Shown here: in pieces, positions 55,125 through 64,000 of the stretch
Layout of the letters: every line of letters begins with the position of its first letter
Numbering within the stretch: position 1 is the first letter of the stretch
Source: Gemmatimonadota bacterium
GTDB lineage: Bacteria > Gemmatimonadota > Gemmatimonadetes > Palauibacterales > Palauibacteraceae
DNA length: 64,000 nucleotides
NCBI GenBank assembly: GCA_046757885.1
Contig: JBHHZD010000002.1
Span: 37,494-101,493, forward strand
Direction: 5' to 3'
Program-made: the position numbers and the translations under genes
The notes under the pieces: model-generated
Database searches by the model: none
What the model saw: the letters and a program-made list of their open reading frames with translations, nothing else
What the model was told of the DNA's origin: nothing

Positions 55125-56103
55125 AGCGGCGTCGGGCCCGACCGAGCGCCCGGAGGGACGTCGGCTCCCCGGCGCGATCAGCGGCTCCGCTCCACCGTCC
55201 GAGCGCGAGCCACAGCCCTCCCGCGATCAGGCCCCCGGCGATGAGAATCGACTGCCAGACGAGGGAAGCGACGACACCGGTGGCCATCGGCACGCCGAGC
55301 GGCACGAGGATCGCTCCGAGCGTCGCGTCCCGCACCCCGAGGCCTCCGAGGCTCACCGGGAGGAGTCCGGCGGCCTTGGCGAGCGGCCAGGCGAGGAACC
55401 AGGCCCCCAGCGGCACGTCGATCCCGAGAGAGCGGCCGATCCACGCGTTCAGGAGGACGAAGCCCGACTGCATGGTCAGCGAGATCGCGAGCGCGGCGAG
55501 CGCCGTGGACGGGCTCCGGGCGAGACGTCTTGCGCCGACGAGCGCCCGGCCGATCGGCCGGCGCAGGCGGGCGGGCCATCGGCGCAGCGGCCTGCGGGCC
55601 GCGAGGATCAGCGTGAGCGACGCCGCGGCGACGCCGGCCAGGAGGGCGAGGGTGACCGCGCTCGCTACCTTGGCCGGCAGGGCGCCCCTGGCGAGGATCC
55701 CGCCCGACGCGATGAGCAGGGCGAGGACGGCGACATCGACGAGCCGGTCCCCGATCCCCCCCAGCACGGCGGCCTCCGCCCGGCGGGTCTCTCGGGCCGC
55801 GAGCGCCGCCCTCAGGACGTCGCCGCCCACGATGCTCGGGAGGCAGAGATTCGCGAACAGGCCCGCGGCGTAGAAGCGGATCGCCTGCACCGGGGTGAGG
55901 AGGCAGCGGCCGGCGCGAAGGAGCATGCGCCACTTCGCGGCCCCGAGCCTGTGACCGGCCAGGAAGGCCGCCAGCGCCCCGAGCCACACCCAGGGCCGCA
56001 TCCGTCCGGCCGCGTCCCGCACGTCGCTCCAGGGCAGGAGGAGGACGAGGGCGGCCAGCACCGCGAGGGTCACGAGGACCCGGACGATCACGCGGACCCT
56101 CAT
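55117..56103 (-). CDS. Lysylphosphatidylglycerol-synthase TM-region-like (flippase-like) membrane protein, paralog of 22801..23775
   Basis: About 8 TM helices with the conserved LPSIVGGDVLRA motif (cf. LPSTIGGDTVRG in the paralog). Confidence 0.55.
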   Translation of the reverse strand: MRVRVIVRVLVTLAVLAALVLLLPWSDVRDAAGRMRPWVWLGALAAFLAGHRLGAAKWRMLLRAGRCLLTPVQAIRFYAAGLFANLCLPSIVGGDVLRAALAARETRRAEAAVLGGIGDRLVDVAVLALLIASGGILARGALPAKVASAVTLALLAGVAAASLTLILAARRPLRRWPARLRRPIGRALVGARRLARSPSTALAALAISLTMQSGFVLLNAWIGRSLGIDVPLGAWFLAWPLAKAAGLLPVSLGGLGVRDATLGAILVPLGVPMATGVVASLVWQSILIAGGLIAGGLWLALGRWSGAADRAGEPTSLRALGRARRRYV

Positions 56104-57017
56104 CGGTGCATCGCGATCCTGGCGTTCTGGTCCGCGAGCAGGCCCACGGCCCAGATGATGAGAGCCCCGAGGAACGCGAGGACCGCGCTCTCGGACAGGT
56201 TGTCCCGGGTCACGTCGTAGACGAACTTCGCCGCCCCGGCCACGGCCAGGACCCCTCCGATCGGGATGAACACCTTGAGGGGATTGAAGAACACGATCGT
56301 GCGCAGGATGAGCAGCGTGAACTCATACGCGTGCCACGGCCGGATCTTCGAGGCCCCCAGGCGGGCGTGGTAGTCGATGGGCACATACGCGACGGGGTGG
56401 CCGTTGCACGCGGCCGAGAGCGTGATCGTCGTCGTGAACGAGAAGCCGGACGGCAGGAGGTGCACGTAGCGCTCGATGAGATCGCGGCGCATGAGACGCA
56501 GGCCGGAATTCAGGTCGGGCAGCGCCTGCCCGGCCAGGTAGCTCGCGAGCCAGCGCAGGAAGCTCTTGGCCGGACGTCGGAGCAACGGGATCTTCACGGA
56601 CTCCCCCGTGCGGGCCCCCACAACCATGTCGTGGTCTGCGGCGCGCTCGAGGAGGGCGGGGATCGACTCGGCGGGATAGGTTCCGTCCGCGTCGGTGATG
56701 AGGATCCAGTCGTACCGGGCAGCCTCGATCCCCCGCTTCAGGGCGGCCCCGTACCCCAGGTTCCTTCGGTGGCGAAGGACGCGCACGCCCGCCGCGGCGG
56801 CGGCCTCTCCCGTTCCGTCGGACGAGCCGTCGTCCACGACGATGACCTCGTACCGCCACGGGCAACCGTCCAGCACGTTCCGGACCGCCTCGATCCCGGC
56901 CGCGACGTGCGTCGCCTCGTCGTACGCCGGGATCACGACGGAAACGGCTCGCTCGTATCGCGGACCCTCCGTCTCCGCCACGAGCTCCACATCCGGCTTC
57001 GCGACCTCTCTCTCCAT
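56100..57017 (-). CDS. GT2 DPM1-like polyprenyl-phosphate sugar transferase
   Basis: VSVVIPAYDE... VIVVDDGSSDGT... ITDADGTYP, with a C-terminal TM region. ATG at 57017; an alternative GTG at 57041 has a GTGA overlap with the upstream gene. Confidence 0.7.
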   Translation of the reverse strand: MEREVAKPDVELVAETEGPRYERAVSVVIPAYDEATHVAAGIEAVRNVLDGCPWRYEVIVVDDGSSDGTGEAAAAAGVRVLRHRRNLGYGAALKRGIEAARYDWILITDADGTYPAESIPALLERAADHDMVVGARTGESVKIPLLRRPAKSFLRWLASYLAGQALPDLNSGLRLMRRDLIERYVHLLPSGFSFTTTITLSAACNGHPVAYVPIDYHARLGASKIRPWHAYEFTLLILRTIVFFNPLKVFIPIGGVLAVAGAAKFVYDVTRDNLSESAVLAFLGALIIWAVGLLADQNARIAMHR

Positions 57018-57037
57018 GGGCTCCGCCTCGGTTCCGG

Positions 57038-58798
57038 TCACGTGCGCTCCTTCAGGAGTACGACGATCGAGCCCCCCCGGACAGTCCCCGGGAATTCCGC
57101 CGCCGGACGATACTCGCCCTCCAGACGCCTCCAGAGGTCGGGGTGGACGGCGGCGAGCCGTGTGGGGAACGTGTACAGGACCCACGTCCGGGCATGGGCT
57201 GCCTCGAGACGATCGAGGTCGGCGGCGTCCCGAATCGACGCCCAGCCCGCGCGCAGGTAGGCCCGGTAGGGCAGATCGGTCATGTCGACGGTGGCGACCG
57301 CGTCTTCGGGCCTGCGCCTGGCCTCCACCCAGGCCCGGGCTCCGTCGTAGTCCTGCTTCGGCCGCCAGGCCCCGGGAAGCGCGGGGAGGCTCGCGGCGAT
57401 CAGGGCCACGCCCGCCCACGTGACGATCGTCGCCCGGCGGCGGTCGCCGGCTCGGCCCGGGACCAGGGCGCCGAGGACGAACAGGCCCCGCATCACGATG
57501 AGCGCCGCGGCGCCCGCCGAGAAGAAGAAGAAGCGGGGCCACAGATTGTGGCCCGTCGCCAGGATGGCGGCCGCCGTCGCGACCGCCGGGAGGACGAGGA
57601 CCGCCGTCACGGCGCGTCCGCGGCGCCAGAATCCGGCCAGTCCGGCCGCGCCGACGATCCCCGCGGCGGCCAGGCCCACGAGCCCTCCCGGAAGCGCCGC
57701 CGCGAGGCCGCGCGCCGTCTCCGCCAGGAGCCAGGCCGGATTCTGCCAGACCACGTTCACGTCCGCCATCGTGGGCTCGGTCAGCGTCCCGACGAGCTGA
57801 GGCAGCACGAGGGCGTACAGCTGAAGCGACAGCGTGGCGGCGAGACCCAGGCCGACGCCGGTGCGGACGAAGGCACGACGGGCCGGCGGATCCGCCCCCC
57901 GCCCGGCCGCCGTTCCGAGCCAGATGAGGCCGTGCGCGAGCACGACGAGCACGGCCGTGAGGTGCGTGTAGACCGCGAGGGCCATCGTGACGGCGTACCC
58001 GACCGCCGGTCCCCAGCCGCTCGGCTCACGCGCCTCCAGCAGGCGAACGAACAGCCCGGAGCCGACGAGGGTGAAGAACAGCAGGCCGGTGTATCCGCGG
58101 GCGTTCTGGGAGAACCACACGTGGTGGTACGAGAACGTGAGGAACGCGGCTGCGAGTAGCGCCTCGCGCCGTCCGGCCACGATCCGGCCGAACCACCAGA
58201 CCGCCCAGATGCTCGCCACCCCGAACGCGGCGGCCGGCAGGCGCAGCGAGGACGCCCCCTCCCCCAGCGCCGAGACCGAGCCCCGGGCGAGAAGCGAGAA
58301 CAGGACGTGCTGGTTCTGGCTGTCCAGGGTGGAGATCAGGCGTCCGAGCGGAAGCCGCACGTGTTGCGCGAGGGTCGCGATCTCGTCGAACCACAACCCG
58401 TCCCCGAGGTCGTGGAGTCGGAGGGCCGCCGCGGCCACGAGCAGCGCCGCGACCAGCAGTCGCTCGGCCACGTGGCCGACCTCCGGCACGGCTACGGGGC
58501 GGCGGAGTCGAGGGCCTTCCTCTCCGAGCTGCACCCGGCCCAGCACGGCGAGGATCCCGGCGTGCACGAGAAGGAGGGCCTTGAACAGCCACAGCCCCGT
58601 GACGAGGTTGGGTGGGGCCCCCGGATCCGACCCGGCGAGGAGGTCCGCCGTTCCCCGGACGGGGAGCAGGAGCGCGAGCGCCGCGACGGCGACCGCCGCG
58701 TACGATGTCCTTCGGGTCACGCGGGATTCCCTCGTCTCTCCGGCCTTCGCGCGGCCGGGTTGCTCTCTGGAACAACGATCGGAGTGACGGGAGGTCAT
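57038..58798 (-). CDS. GT-C fold membrane glycosyltransferase (PMT_2/ArnT-like)
   Basis: ATG at 58798. First loop LHDLGDGLWFDEIATL (DE motif), at least 11 TM helices, C-terminal soluble domain. Confidence 0.6.
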   Translation of the reverse strand: MTSRHSDRCSREQPGRAKAGETRESRVTRRTSYAAVAVAALALLLPVRGTADLLAGSDPGAPPNLVTGLWLFKALLLVHAGILAVLGRVQLGEEGPRLRRPVAVPEVGHVAERLLVAALLVAAAALRLHDLGDGLWFDEIATLAQHVRLPLGRLISTLDSQNQHVLFSLLARGSVSALGEGASSLRLPAAAFGVASIWAVWWFGRIVAGRREALLAAAFLTFSYHHVWFSQNARGYTGLLFFTLVGSGLFVRLLEAREPSGWGPAVGYAVTMALAVYTHLTAVLVVLAHGLIWLGTAAGRGADPPARRAFVRTGVGLGLAATLSLQLYALVLPQLVGTLTEPTMADVNVVWQNPAWLLAETARGLAAALPGGLVGLAAAGIVGAAGLAGFWRRGRAVTAVLVLPAVATAAAILATGHNLWPRFFFFSAGAAALIVMRGLFVLGALVPGRAGDRRRATIVTWAGVALIAASLPALPGAWRPKQDYDGARAWVEARRRPEDAVATVDMTDLPYRAYLRAGWASIRDAADLDRLEAAHARTWVLYTFPTRLAAVHPDLWRRLEGEYRPAAEFPGTVRGGSIVVLLKERT

Positions 58799-58911
58799 CA
58801 GGCAATGTCCGTTCCAGAACTCTCCGCCGGGCGGGGCGCCCTTCGATGGCGCGGAATCCGGGTGACGCCGGGCGGGCGAGCCGTCTGGAGGGCCCGCGCG
58901 CCGGGGCCGCG

Positions 58912-58925
58912 GGCCCACGTGTTGC
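58912..58925 (+). promoter_or_regulatory. Sigma-54-like -24/-12 element GGGCCCacgtgTTGCG
   Basis: GG (58912-13) and GC (58924-25) 12 nt apart, about 56 nt upstream of the GTG at 58981. Confidence 0.35.
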
Positions 58926-58980
58926 GTCCGCGCCACAAGGTGCGCACCCGGCGCTCGAGCCGGCAACACGCGGCCCGCTC

Positions 58981-60870
58981 GTGAGCACCCTCGTCGGACT
59001 GCTCGCGGGCAGCGTGTCCATCCTCCTGACGTGGATCGCGATCGGAGCGCTCCTGGCCGGGATCGGCGTTCCGGTGCTCGCCCGCTTCGGCGCGCGCAGA
59101 CCCGGGGTCGAAGGATGGCTGGACGGGGCCTGGATGGGCCTCGTGATCGTCGTCCTCGTCCTCCAGGTCTGGCACACTTTCCTCCCGATCGGTGCGATCC
59201 CGACGCTCGCGCTGGGCCTCGCGGGCGTCATCGGGCTCGCGGGGCACGCCCGGGGCCTCGGAGCGTCGCTGCGCCGCGGGTGGAGCGACCGGGGACGGCG
59301 CTGGGCGGGCGTGGCCTTCCTCATCGCGGCTCTCTGGGCGGCGAACCAGCTGACGGGCCCGCCCACGCAGTATGACACGGGGATGTACCACGCGCCCATG
59401 GTCCGCTGGATCCGCAGCTTCCCGCTCGTGCCCGGCCTGGGCAACCTGCACGGACGGCTCGCCTTCAACAACGCGAACCTGCTGTTCGCCGCCCTCATCG
59501 ACGGAACGGTGTGGCGCGGTGGGGCCACGCACGTCGTGAACGGCGTGCTCATCTTCCTGCTCCTCGCGCAGGTCTCCGCCGCCCTGGCGGGGCTGGTCTC
59601 CGCTCGGGCCGGTGGGCCCAGGGGACGCCTCGTGTTCGACGGGCTCCTGCTGGCCCCGGTGCTCGCGAAGGTCATCCACGAAGATGCCCGCAGTCATTCG
59701 CCTGATCTCGCGGTCGCCGTCGTCCTGCTGGCCGCCGCCTCCCGCCTCTACGCCCTGCTCGTGGAGCGCGACGGGCGGTCGCGAGGAGGCGAGGTGGCCC
59801 TCGTCGTCGCCCTGTTCGCGCTCGCGGTGTGCTTCAAGCTGAGCGCCGCCGCCTTCGCGGGGATCGGGACCGTGATCGCGCTCTCCCTGGGTTCCGCCCC
59901 CGGGAGAGACGGGCCGGGGCGGCTTCGCTTCGCGGCGTCCACTCTCGTCCTGCCGGCGCTCCTGGTCGGGCCGTGGCTCGCGCGGGGCGCCGTGCTGAGC
60001 GGCTATCCCCTGTATCCGATCCGGGCGGTCGCCGTGGCCGCCGACTGGCGGGTGCCCGGTGAGCAGGCCGACGCGGAGCTGGCGTACATCCGGCACAGCG
60101 CCCGGTGGGTGGACAACGAGCCGGGAGAGGGATGGGACTGGGTGGGCCCCTGGCTGCGAACGATGACGAACCCCTACCGCCGGGTCCGCATCCTGCTTCC
60201 GCTCGTTCTCGCGGCGGCGGGTTCGCTCCTGTGGCTCCTCCGGGCGGGGGCCGGTCGCGGCGCCGCCCGGCCGCCGACGGGCGGGCTCCTGCTGGTGCCC
60301 ACCGCGGCGGGTATGGCGTTCTGGTTCGTGACGGCGCCGCATCCGCGGTTCGGCTACTTCCTGTTCTGGGTGGCCGCGGCCACCGTCGTCGCCGAGCTCG
60401 TCGGGCGAGCTCCCCGGACGGTCCCCCGGCCCGGGCGCCGGATCGCCCTGGCGCTCCTGTTCCTGGGGAGCCTCCCGCTTCTGGACGACCCGCTCATGCA
60501 ATTCGTCCGGCACGGCAGGAACCCCGCGAGGACGCTCGTGGACCGGATGATCCGGGCGCCCGGGCCGGACCGGGGCCTGCACCCGATGCCGGAGGCGGAG
60601 CTCACGACCTTCCGCACGGAGTCCGGCCTCCGTCTCTGGACGCCCGTCTCCAGCAATCACTGCTGGGACACGCCGGCGCTGCCGTGCACGCCGCATCCCG
60701 CCCGCAACCTGGAGCTGCGACGCGCCGGCGACCTGCGGCACGGGTTCAGGATCGACGGATCCTGGCGTCCCGAGAGCTGGCCGAACCGGCACTCGGCCTT
60801 TCTCGAAGAATGGCGTCAGGGACGGAGCCGCTCGACGACGACGCCCTCCTCGGACTCGCCGACCCGGTAG
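58981..60870 (+). CDS. Polytopic membrane protein with central and C-terminal soluble domains (GT-C / polymerase-like, unknown family)
   Basis: GTG at 58981. About 10 TM helices in two blocks separated by a soluble region. 629 aa. Confidence 0.45.
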   Translation: MSTLVGLLAGSVSILLTWIAIGALLAGIGVPVLARFGARRPGVEGWLDGAWMGLVIVVLVLQVWHTFLPIGAIPTLALGLAGVIGLAGHARGLGASLRRGWSDRGRRWAGVAFLIAALWAANQLTGPPTQYDTGMYHAPMVRWIRSFPLVPGLGNLHGRLAFNNANLLFAALIDGTVWRGGATHVVNGVLIFLLLAQVSAALAGLVSARAGGPRGRLVFDGLLLAPVLAKVIHEDARSHSPDLAVAVVLLAAASRLYALLVERDGRSRGGEVALVVALFALAVCFKLSAAAFAGIGTVIALSLGSAPGRDGPGRLRFAASTLVLPALLVGPWLARGAVLSGYPLYPIRAVAVAADWRVPGEQADAELAYIRHSARWVDNEPGEGWDWVGPWLRTMTNPYRRVRILLPLVLAAAGSLLWLLRAGAGRGAARPPTGGLLLVPTAAGMAFWFVTAPHPRFGYFLFWVAAATVVAELVGRAPRTVPRPGRRIALALLFLGSLPLLDDPLMQFVRHGRNPARTLVDRMIRAPGPDRGLHPMPEAELTTFRTESGLRLWTPVSSNHCWDTPALPCTPHPARNLELRRAGDLRHGFRIDGSWRPESWPNRHSAFLEEWRQGRSRSTTTPSSDSPTR

Positions 60871-62594
60871 GCCGACCGCTCCGGAAAAGCCGCCATCAGC
60901 ACGGCGTTCCTCTCTCCGAGATCCCTGGCGAAGATCACGTCTCCCGTCCCGATCGGAAGCGAGTTCAGCGGGAAGGCGGACTTCCATGACCAGTTCCCGG
61001 GCTCGACGAAGACGAGCGCGTCGTGGATCCCCCGCTCCCGCACGGCATCCCGCACCCAGCCCGACGCCCCCCGGTACCGGTGGCCGTACTCACGCAGAAG
61101 GGGCGGATAGGCGATGAGCGCCGACGTGAGGACGAGCGCCGCGAGTGCGGAGCGGCCCATCGCCCGCTCGGCGTCCGGCCGGCCGTCCATGAGGCGGGAG
61201 ATGGGACCGGAGAGAGCGAGAACGGCGGCCGGCAGAGCCAGGTAGTAGTGGCGCGAGCCGTACGCGATCCCGTGGTAGAAGTGAAAGACGTACACGCCGA
61301 CGAGCGCGAGGGCCGACGCGGCCACGAGTCGCTTCCAGCGCGACCGTTCGCGCGGCAGACGGGCCAGGCCGAGCGCCAGCGCCGCGAGCATCACGAGGGG
61401 AACCCCGTGCACGTCGCGCAGGAACTGGATGAATCGGTGAGCCGTGACCTTCACCGCATCCAGCGGATAGAAGCCGGGCCACTCGCTGCCGTGAATCGAG
61501 GTGCCCATGTCGGCCCCGAATCCGAGGCCGAACCGCTCGGCTGGATTCCGGAGCTGGAAGTACTTCGTCACCGGAAACAGCAACGGATCGCCCGTCAGGC
61601 GCTGATTGTAGACGAGCGTGAGCGCGATGCCCGCGACCGCGAACAGCCCCACGACGACGAGGGGGACCGCGTACTTCCGGTCGCGGATCGCGCGGTAGGC
61701 CAGGTGCAGTCCGAGCGGGGCCGCGACGGCCGCCGCGTCCACGGGCCGGATGAGCATCCCGGCCACGAGTGCCAGGCCCGCTCCGATGGACGCCGCCGCG
61801 CCCGCGCCGTCCAGCACGCGAGCCCAGAAGAGCAGGAGGAGGACGAACGCCAGCAACGAGGCGGCGTGCGACATGTACGACGCGGAGAGGAAGAGCGCGA
61901 ACGGCGAGATGGCCAGCAGCACGACGGCGACCCGGCCATCCGTCTCGCCGAATCCGGCACGCCGGAGAAATGCGTGGAGCGCCAGCAGGGTCAGGCCGCC
62001 CAGCACGGGGTTCACGAGCCAGGGGGCTCCGACGAGGTACCCGATCGCCAGGATCGCGGGCCAGCCGGGATTCATGATCCCATACCAGCGCGTCCCGTCC
62101 AGGAGGGTGTGCGTGAAGCCGAAGAACTCCGGATGGTCGGGCGCCGCGATGGACAGCGACCCTCCGGCCATCGCCTTCGCCTGGAGCTGGTAGGCCACCG
62201 CGTCGCTGATGTGGGGGACGCCGTCGAGCACGAGCCATCCGGCCGCGACGGCCGCCGCGACGAACAGGGCGGCGAGCAGCATCACCGGCATCCGCACCAG
62301 GCCGCGGCAGATCCCGTCGGCCACCCGCCGGAACCGGAGGAGCAGCAGGTAGAGCGATGCGAACGCCACGGCGCTCGCGCCGAGGTCGAGCGCGTAGTCC
62401 GTCGCGTCGACGTACCGGTACGCCGCCACCGGCAGGAGCACCGCCACGAGACCGACCGCGGCCAGGAGTCGGCGGCGCCCTCGCAGGAGCGCGACCGTCC
62501 GACGCGCGCCGTCGTCCCGGTCCCGGCGCCAGAGCGAGGCGGCCGCGAGAAGGGCCAGGACCAGCGCCGCGGTCGGCACCCAGCCGGGCCTCAC
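60816..62594 (-). CDS. GT-C fold membrane glycosyltransferase (ArnT/PMT-like)
   Basis: Periplasmic-loop motif ISDAVAYQLQAKAM (D-x-x-Y type), about 13 TM helices, and a C-terminal soluble domain of about 90 aa. Confidence 0.6.
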   Translation of the reverse strand: MRPGWVPTAALVLALLAAASLWRRDRDDGARRTVALLRGRRRLLAAVGLVAVLLPVAAYRYVDATDYALDLGASAVAFASLYLLLLRFRRVADGICRGLVRMPVMLLAALFVAAAVAAGWLVLDGVPHISDAVAYQLQAKAMAGGSLSIAAPDHPEFFGFTHTLLDGTRWYGIMNPGWPAILAIGYLVGAPWLVNPVLGGLTLLALHAFLRRAGFGETDGRVAVVLLAISPFALFLSASYMSHAASLLAFVLLLLFWARVLDGAGAAASIGAGLALVAGMLIRPVDAAAVAAPLGLHLAYRAIRDRKYAVPLVVVGLFAVAGIALTLVYNQRLTGDPLLFPVTKYFQLRNPAERFGLGFGADMGTSIHGSEWPGFYPLDAVKVTAHRFIQFLRDVHGVPLVMLAALALGLARLPRERSRWKRLVAASALALVGVYVFHFYHGIAYGSRHYYLALPAAVLALSGPISRLMDGRPDAERAMGRSALAALVLTSALIAYPPLLREYGHRYRGASGWVRDAVRERGIHDALVFVEPGNWSWKSAFPLNSLPIGTGDVIFARDLGERNAVLMAAFPERSAYRVGESEEGVVVERLRP

Positions 62595-64000
62595 GGGATG
62601 GTCTCCGGGGCTTCCAGGGCGGCCTCCGTCTCCATGTGGAAGCGATGGGCGGAGCCCCCGTGGAGAACCATGTCACCGAGCAGCGGAAGGTCCCTCGCCC
62701 ACGCCACGGCGACGAACCCGAGCGACGCCGCGAGGAGCACCCGCCGGGAGACCGGCCGACCTGACCACCCGAGCCGCAGCCTGGCCCGCGGACTCGCCAG
62801 CAGCCACGCGGCCGGAAGGGCCAGCACGGCGTGCAGCGGCACCGCGTAGCGCGAGAGCGCGTACGTGAGCCCGAACAGGACGGTGGAGTGCGCCGCGAGC
62901 AGGAGCGCGAGGCCTCGCAGGCCGGAGCGGGGCATGCCGGCGAGGCCCGCGAAGCCCGCGACGACGAGCCCGACCCAGAATCCCGCGCTAGCGAGCGTGA
63001 TCAGCGCCACGCCCCAGCCCGGCGGAGACCGCCGCGTCCAGCCGTTCCGGAGGTGTCGCAGGGCGAACGAGTCGAGCGTCCACAGGTGGCCCGCTTCCCA
63101 GAGCGTCTTTCGCACGAAGAGCCCGGGAGCGTGCCGGATGTTCGCGAGGGCCGCGTCCACGGCGGCCCTCTGGGCCCCCTTCGCGTCCTCGAGGACCCGA
63201 TCCTTGTACGCCACCCCATCCACCCGCCCGTACCGGGCACTCCAGAAGTCATCCTTGTCCACGAACGCCGCCGCCGGCTGGGTGCCGACGAGGAAGTTGA
63301 ACGGCCCGTTGCTGTCCACGAGCACGAACCCGCCCGTGACCCGGGCGTTCCGCGCCGTCCACGGCAGGACGACGGCCGCGCAGGCGACGGCGAGCAGGAC
63401 GAAGCGACCGGGCCAGCCCGAGTCGCGCGTGTCCTTGCGCGCCTGCCACCAGGCCCACGGAAGCAGAAGAGGGGCGAACGTGAGGATCATAGGGCGCGTG
63501 AGGCCGGCGAGGCCCAGCGAGAGCCCGGCCGCGGCCCACGCGAGCCCGCGGCGGCGCGGGCGCGCCGTCAGCAGGTCCAGGACGGCGAGCAGGAAGAAGA
63601 GGAAGACCGTCTCCGACCAGAGACGGTGCGTGAAGCTCACGAGGACGGGATCGAAGGCGAAGATCAGGGCCGCGATCCGCCCCGTGCGGGGGGCGTCGAG
63701 CCGGGCCCCGATCCGATAGATGAAGACGGTCGAGACCGTGCTCAGAATCGCCTGCCCGGCCCACACCCCGGCCGTCCCGAGGCCGGCCGCGAGCATGGCG
63801 GCGAGAAACGCCGGGTACAGCGGCGGCCGGAACGTGTCCAAATACGGTCGTCCCTCCGCGAGCCCCCGGGCCAGCGCCAGGTAGGCGCGCTCGTCGAGGA
63901 CGGCCGCGGCGCCGTGCTCGATCGCCGCCAGGACCAGCTTCAGGACGAGCGAGCCGCCGAGGATGAGCCACAGGGCCCGGTCCCGGTGCCACGGACCCGG
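62591..64000 (-). CDS. GT-C fold membrane glycosyltransferase (ArnT/PMT-like), N-terminus beyond the window end
   Basis: The reading frame stays open past the TTG at 63841 to the window edge. The upstream translation reads ...ALWLILGGSLVLKLVLAAIEHGAAAVLDERAYLALARGLAEGRPYLDTFRPPLYPAFLAAM (DE-x-x-Y loop then RPPLYP), typical of GT83/GT39 N-termini. Confidence 0.55.
   Translation of the reverse strand, partial: PGPWHRDRALWLILGGSLVLKLVLAAIEHGAAAVLDERAYLALARGLAEGRPYLDTFRPPLYPAFLAAMLAAGLGTAGVWAGQAILSTVSTVFIYRIGARLDAPRTGRIAALIFAFDPVLVSFTHRLWSETVFLFFLLAVLDLLTARPRRRGLAWAAAGLSLGLAGLTRPMILTFAPLLLPWAWWQARKDTRDSGWPGRFVLLAVACAAVVLPWTARNARVTGGFVLVDSNGPFNFLVGTQPAAAFVDKDDFWSARYGRVDGVAYKDRVLEDAKGAQRAAVDAALANIRHAPGLFVRKTLWEAGHLWTLDSFALRHLRNGWTRRSPPGWGVALITLASAGFWVGLVVAGFAGLAGMPRSGLRGLALLLAAHSTVLFGLTYALSRYAVPLHAVLALPAAWLLASPRARLRLGWSGRPVSRRVLLAASLGFVAVAWARDLPLLGDMVLHGGSAHRFHMETEAALEAPETIP

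Noticed and set aside
58026-60987. Two long minus-strand ORFs (58026..59675, 58798..60987)
   Set aside because: Antisense or alternative-frame to the GT-C and membrane-protein genes; Arg/Pro-rich.
1-64000. CRISPR arrays, tRNA/rRNA genes, IS elements, integrases
   Set aside because: No direct-repeat/spacer periodicity, no cloverleaf-sized conserved intergenic segments (the intergenic regions are short and promoter-like), and no transposase/integrase-like ORFs were seen.

Overview
High-GC (roughly 70%) 64-kb window that reads as one uninterrupted polysaccharide / glycoconjugate biosynthesis supercluster. I call about 54 protein-coding genes, arranged in about ten operons on both strands, with many GTGA/ATGA start-stop overlaps suggesting translational coupling. 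I did not recognise any rRNA, tRNA, CRISPR array, transposase or integrase. Because GC is so high, all six frames carry long spurious ORFs (up to 1331 aa); I chose the real frame in each case by protein-family-like sequence and operon logic. Gene content: two Wzx-like flippases (one truncated at the window start); an O-antigen-ligase/Wzy-like protein; about seven GT4 and about nine GT2 glycosyltransferases (two convergent processive synthase-like paralogs with TED/QxxRW motifs, and three DPM1-like polyprenyl-phosphate-sugar synthases); six predicted GT-C-fold polytopic membrane glycosyltransferases (the last one runs off the window end); a UbiA-family decaprenyl-phosphate phosphoribosyltransferase-like gene; sugar-tailoring enzymes (two sulfotransferases, two SAM methyltransferases, three CE4 deacetylases, a DegT aminotransferase, two Gfo/Idh/MocA oxidoreductases of which one is fused to an SDR epimerase, two further SDR epimerase/dehydratases, an ATP-grasp ligase, a FemAB-like transferase, three FAD-dependent oxidoreductases); a radical SAM/SPASM-like enzyme; and an embedded five-gene module VTC-domain / DUF4956 / TPR / CotH-kinase-like with beta-helix / metallophosphoesterase, which I regard as the best candidate for an uncharacterised system. 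Regulatory observations: sigma-54-type -24/-12 elements (GG-N10-GC, TTGC core) recur upstream of five operon starts; a strong hairpin sits between two convergent synthase-like genes; and several AT-rich islands or palindromes occupy divergent intergenic regions. Most gene starts are uncertain by one alternative start codon. All family assignments are from reading motifs by eye, not from database searches.
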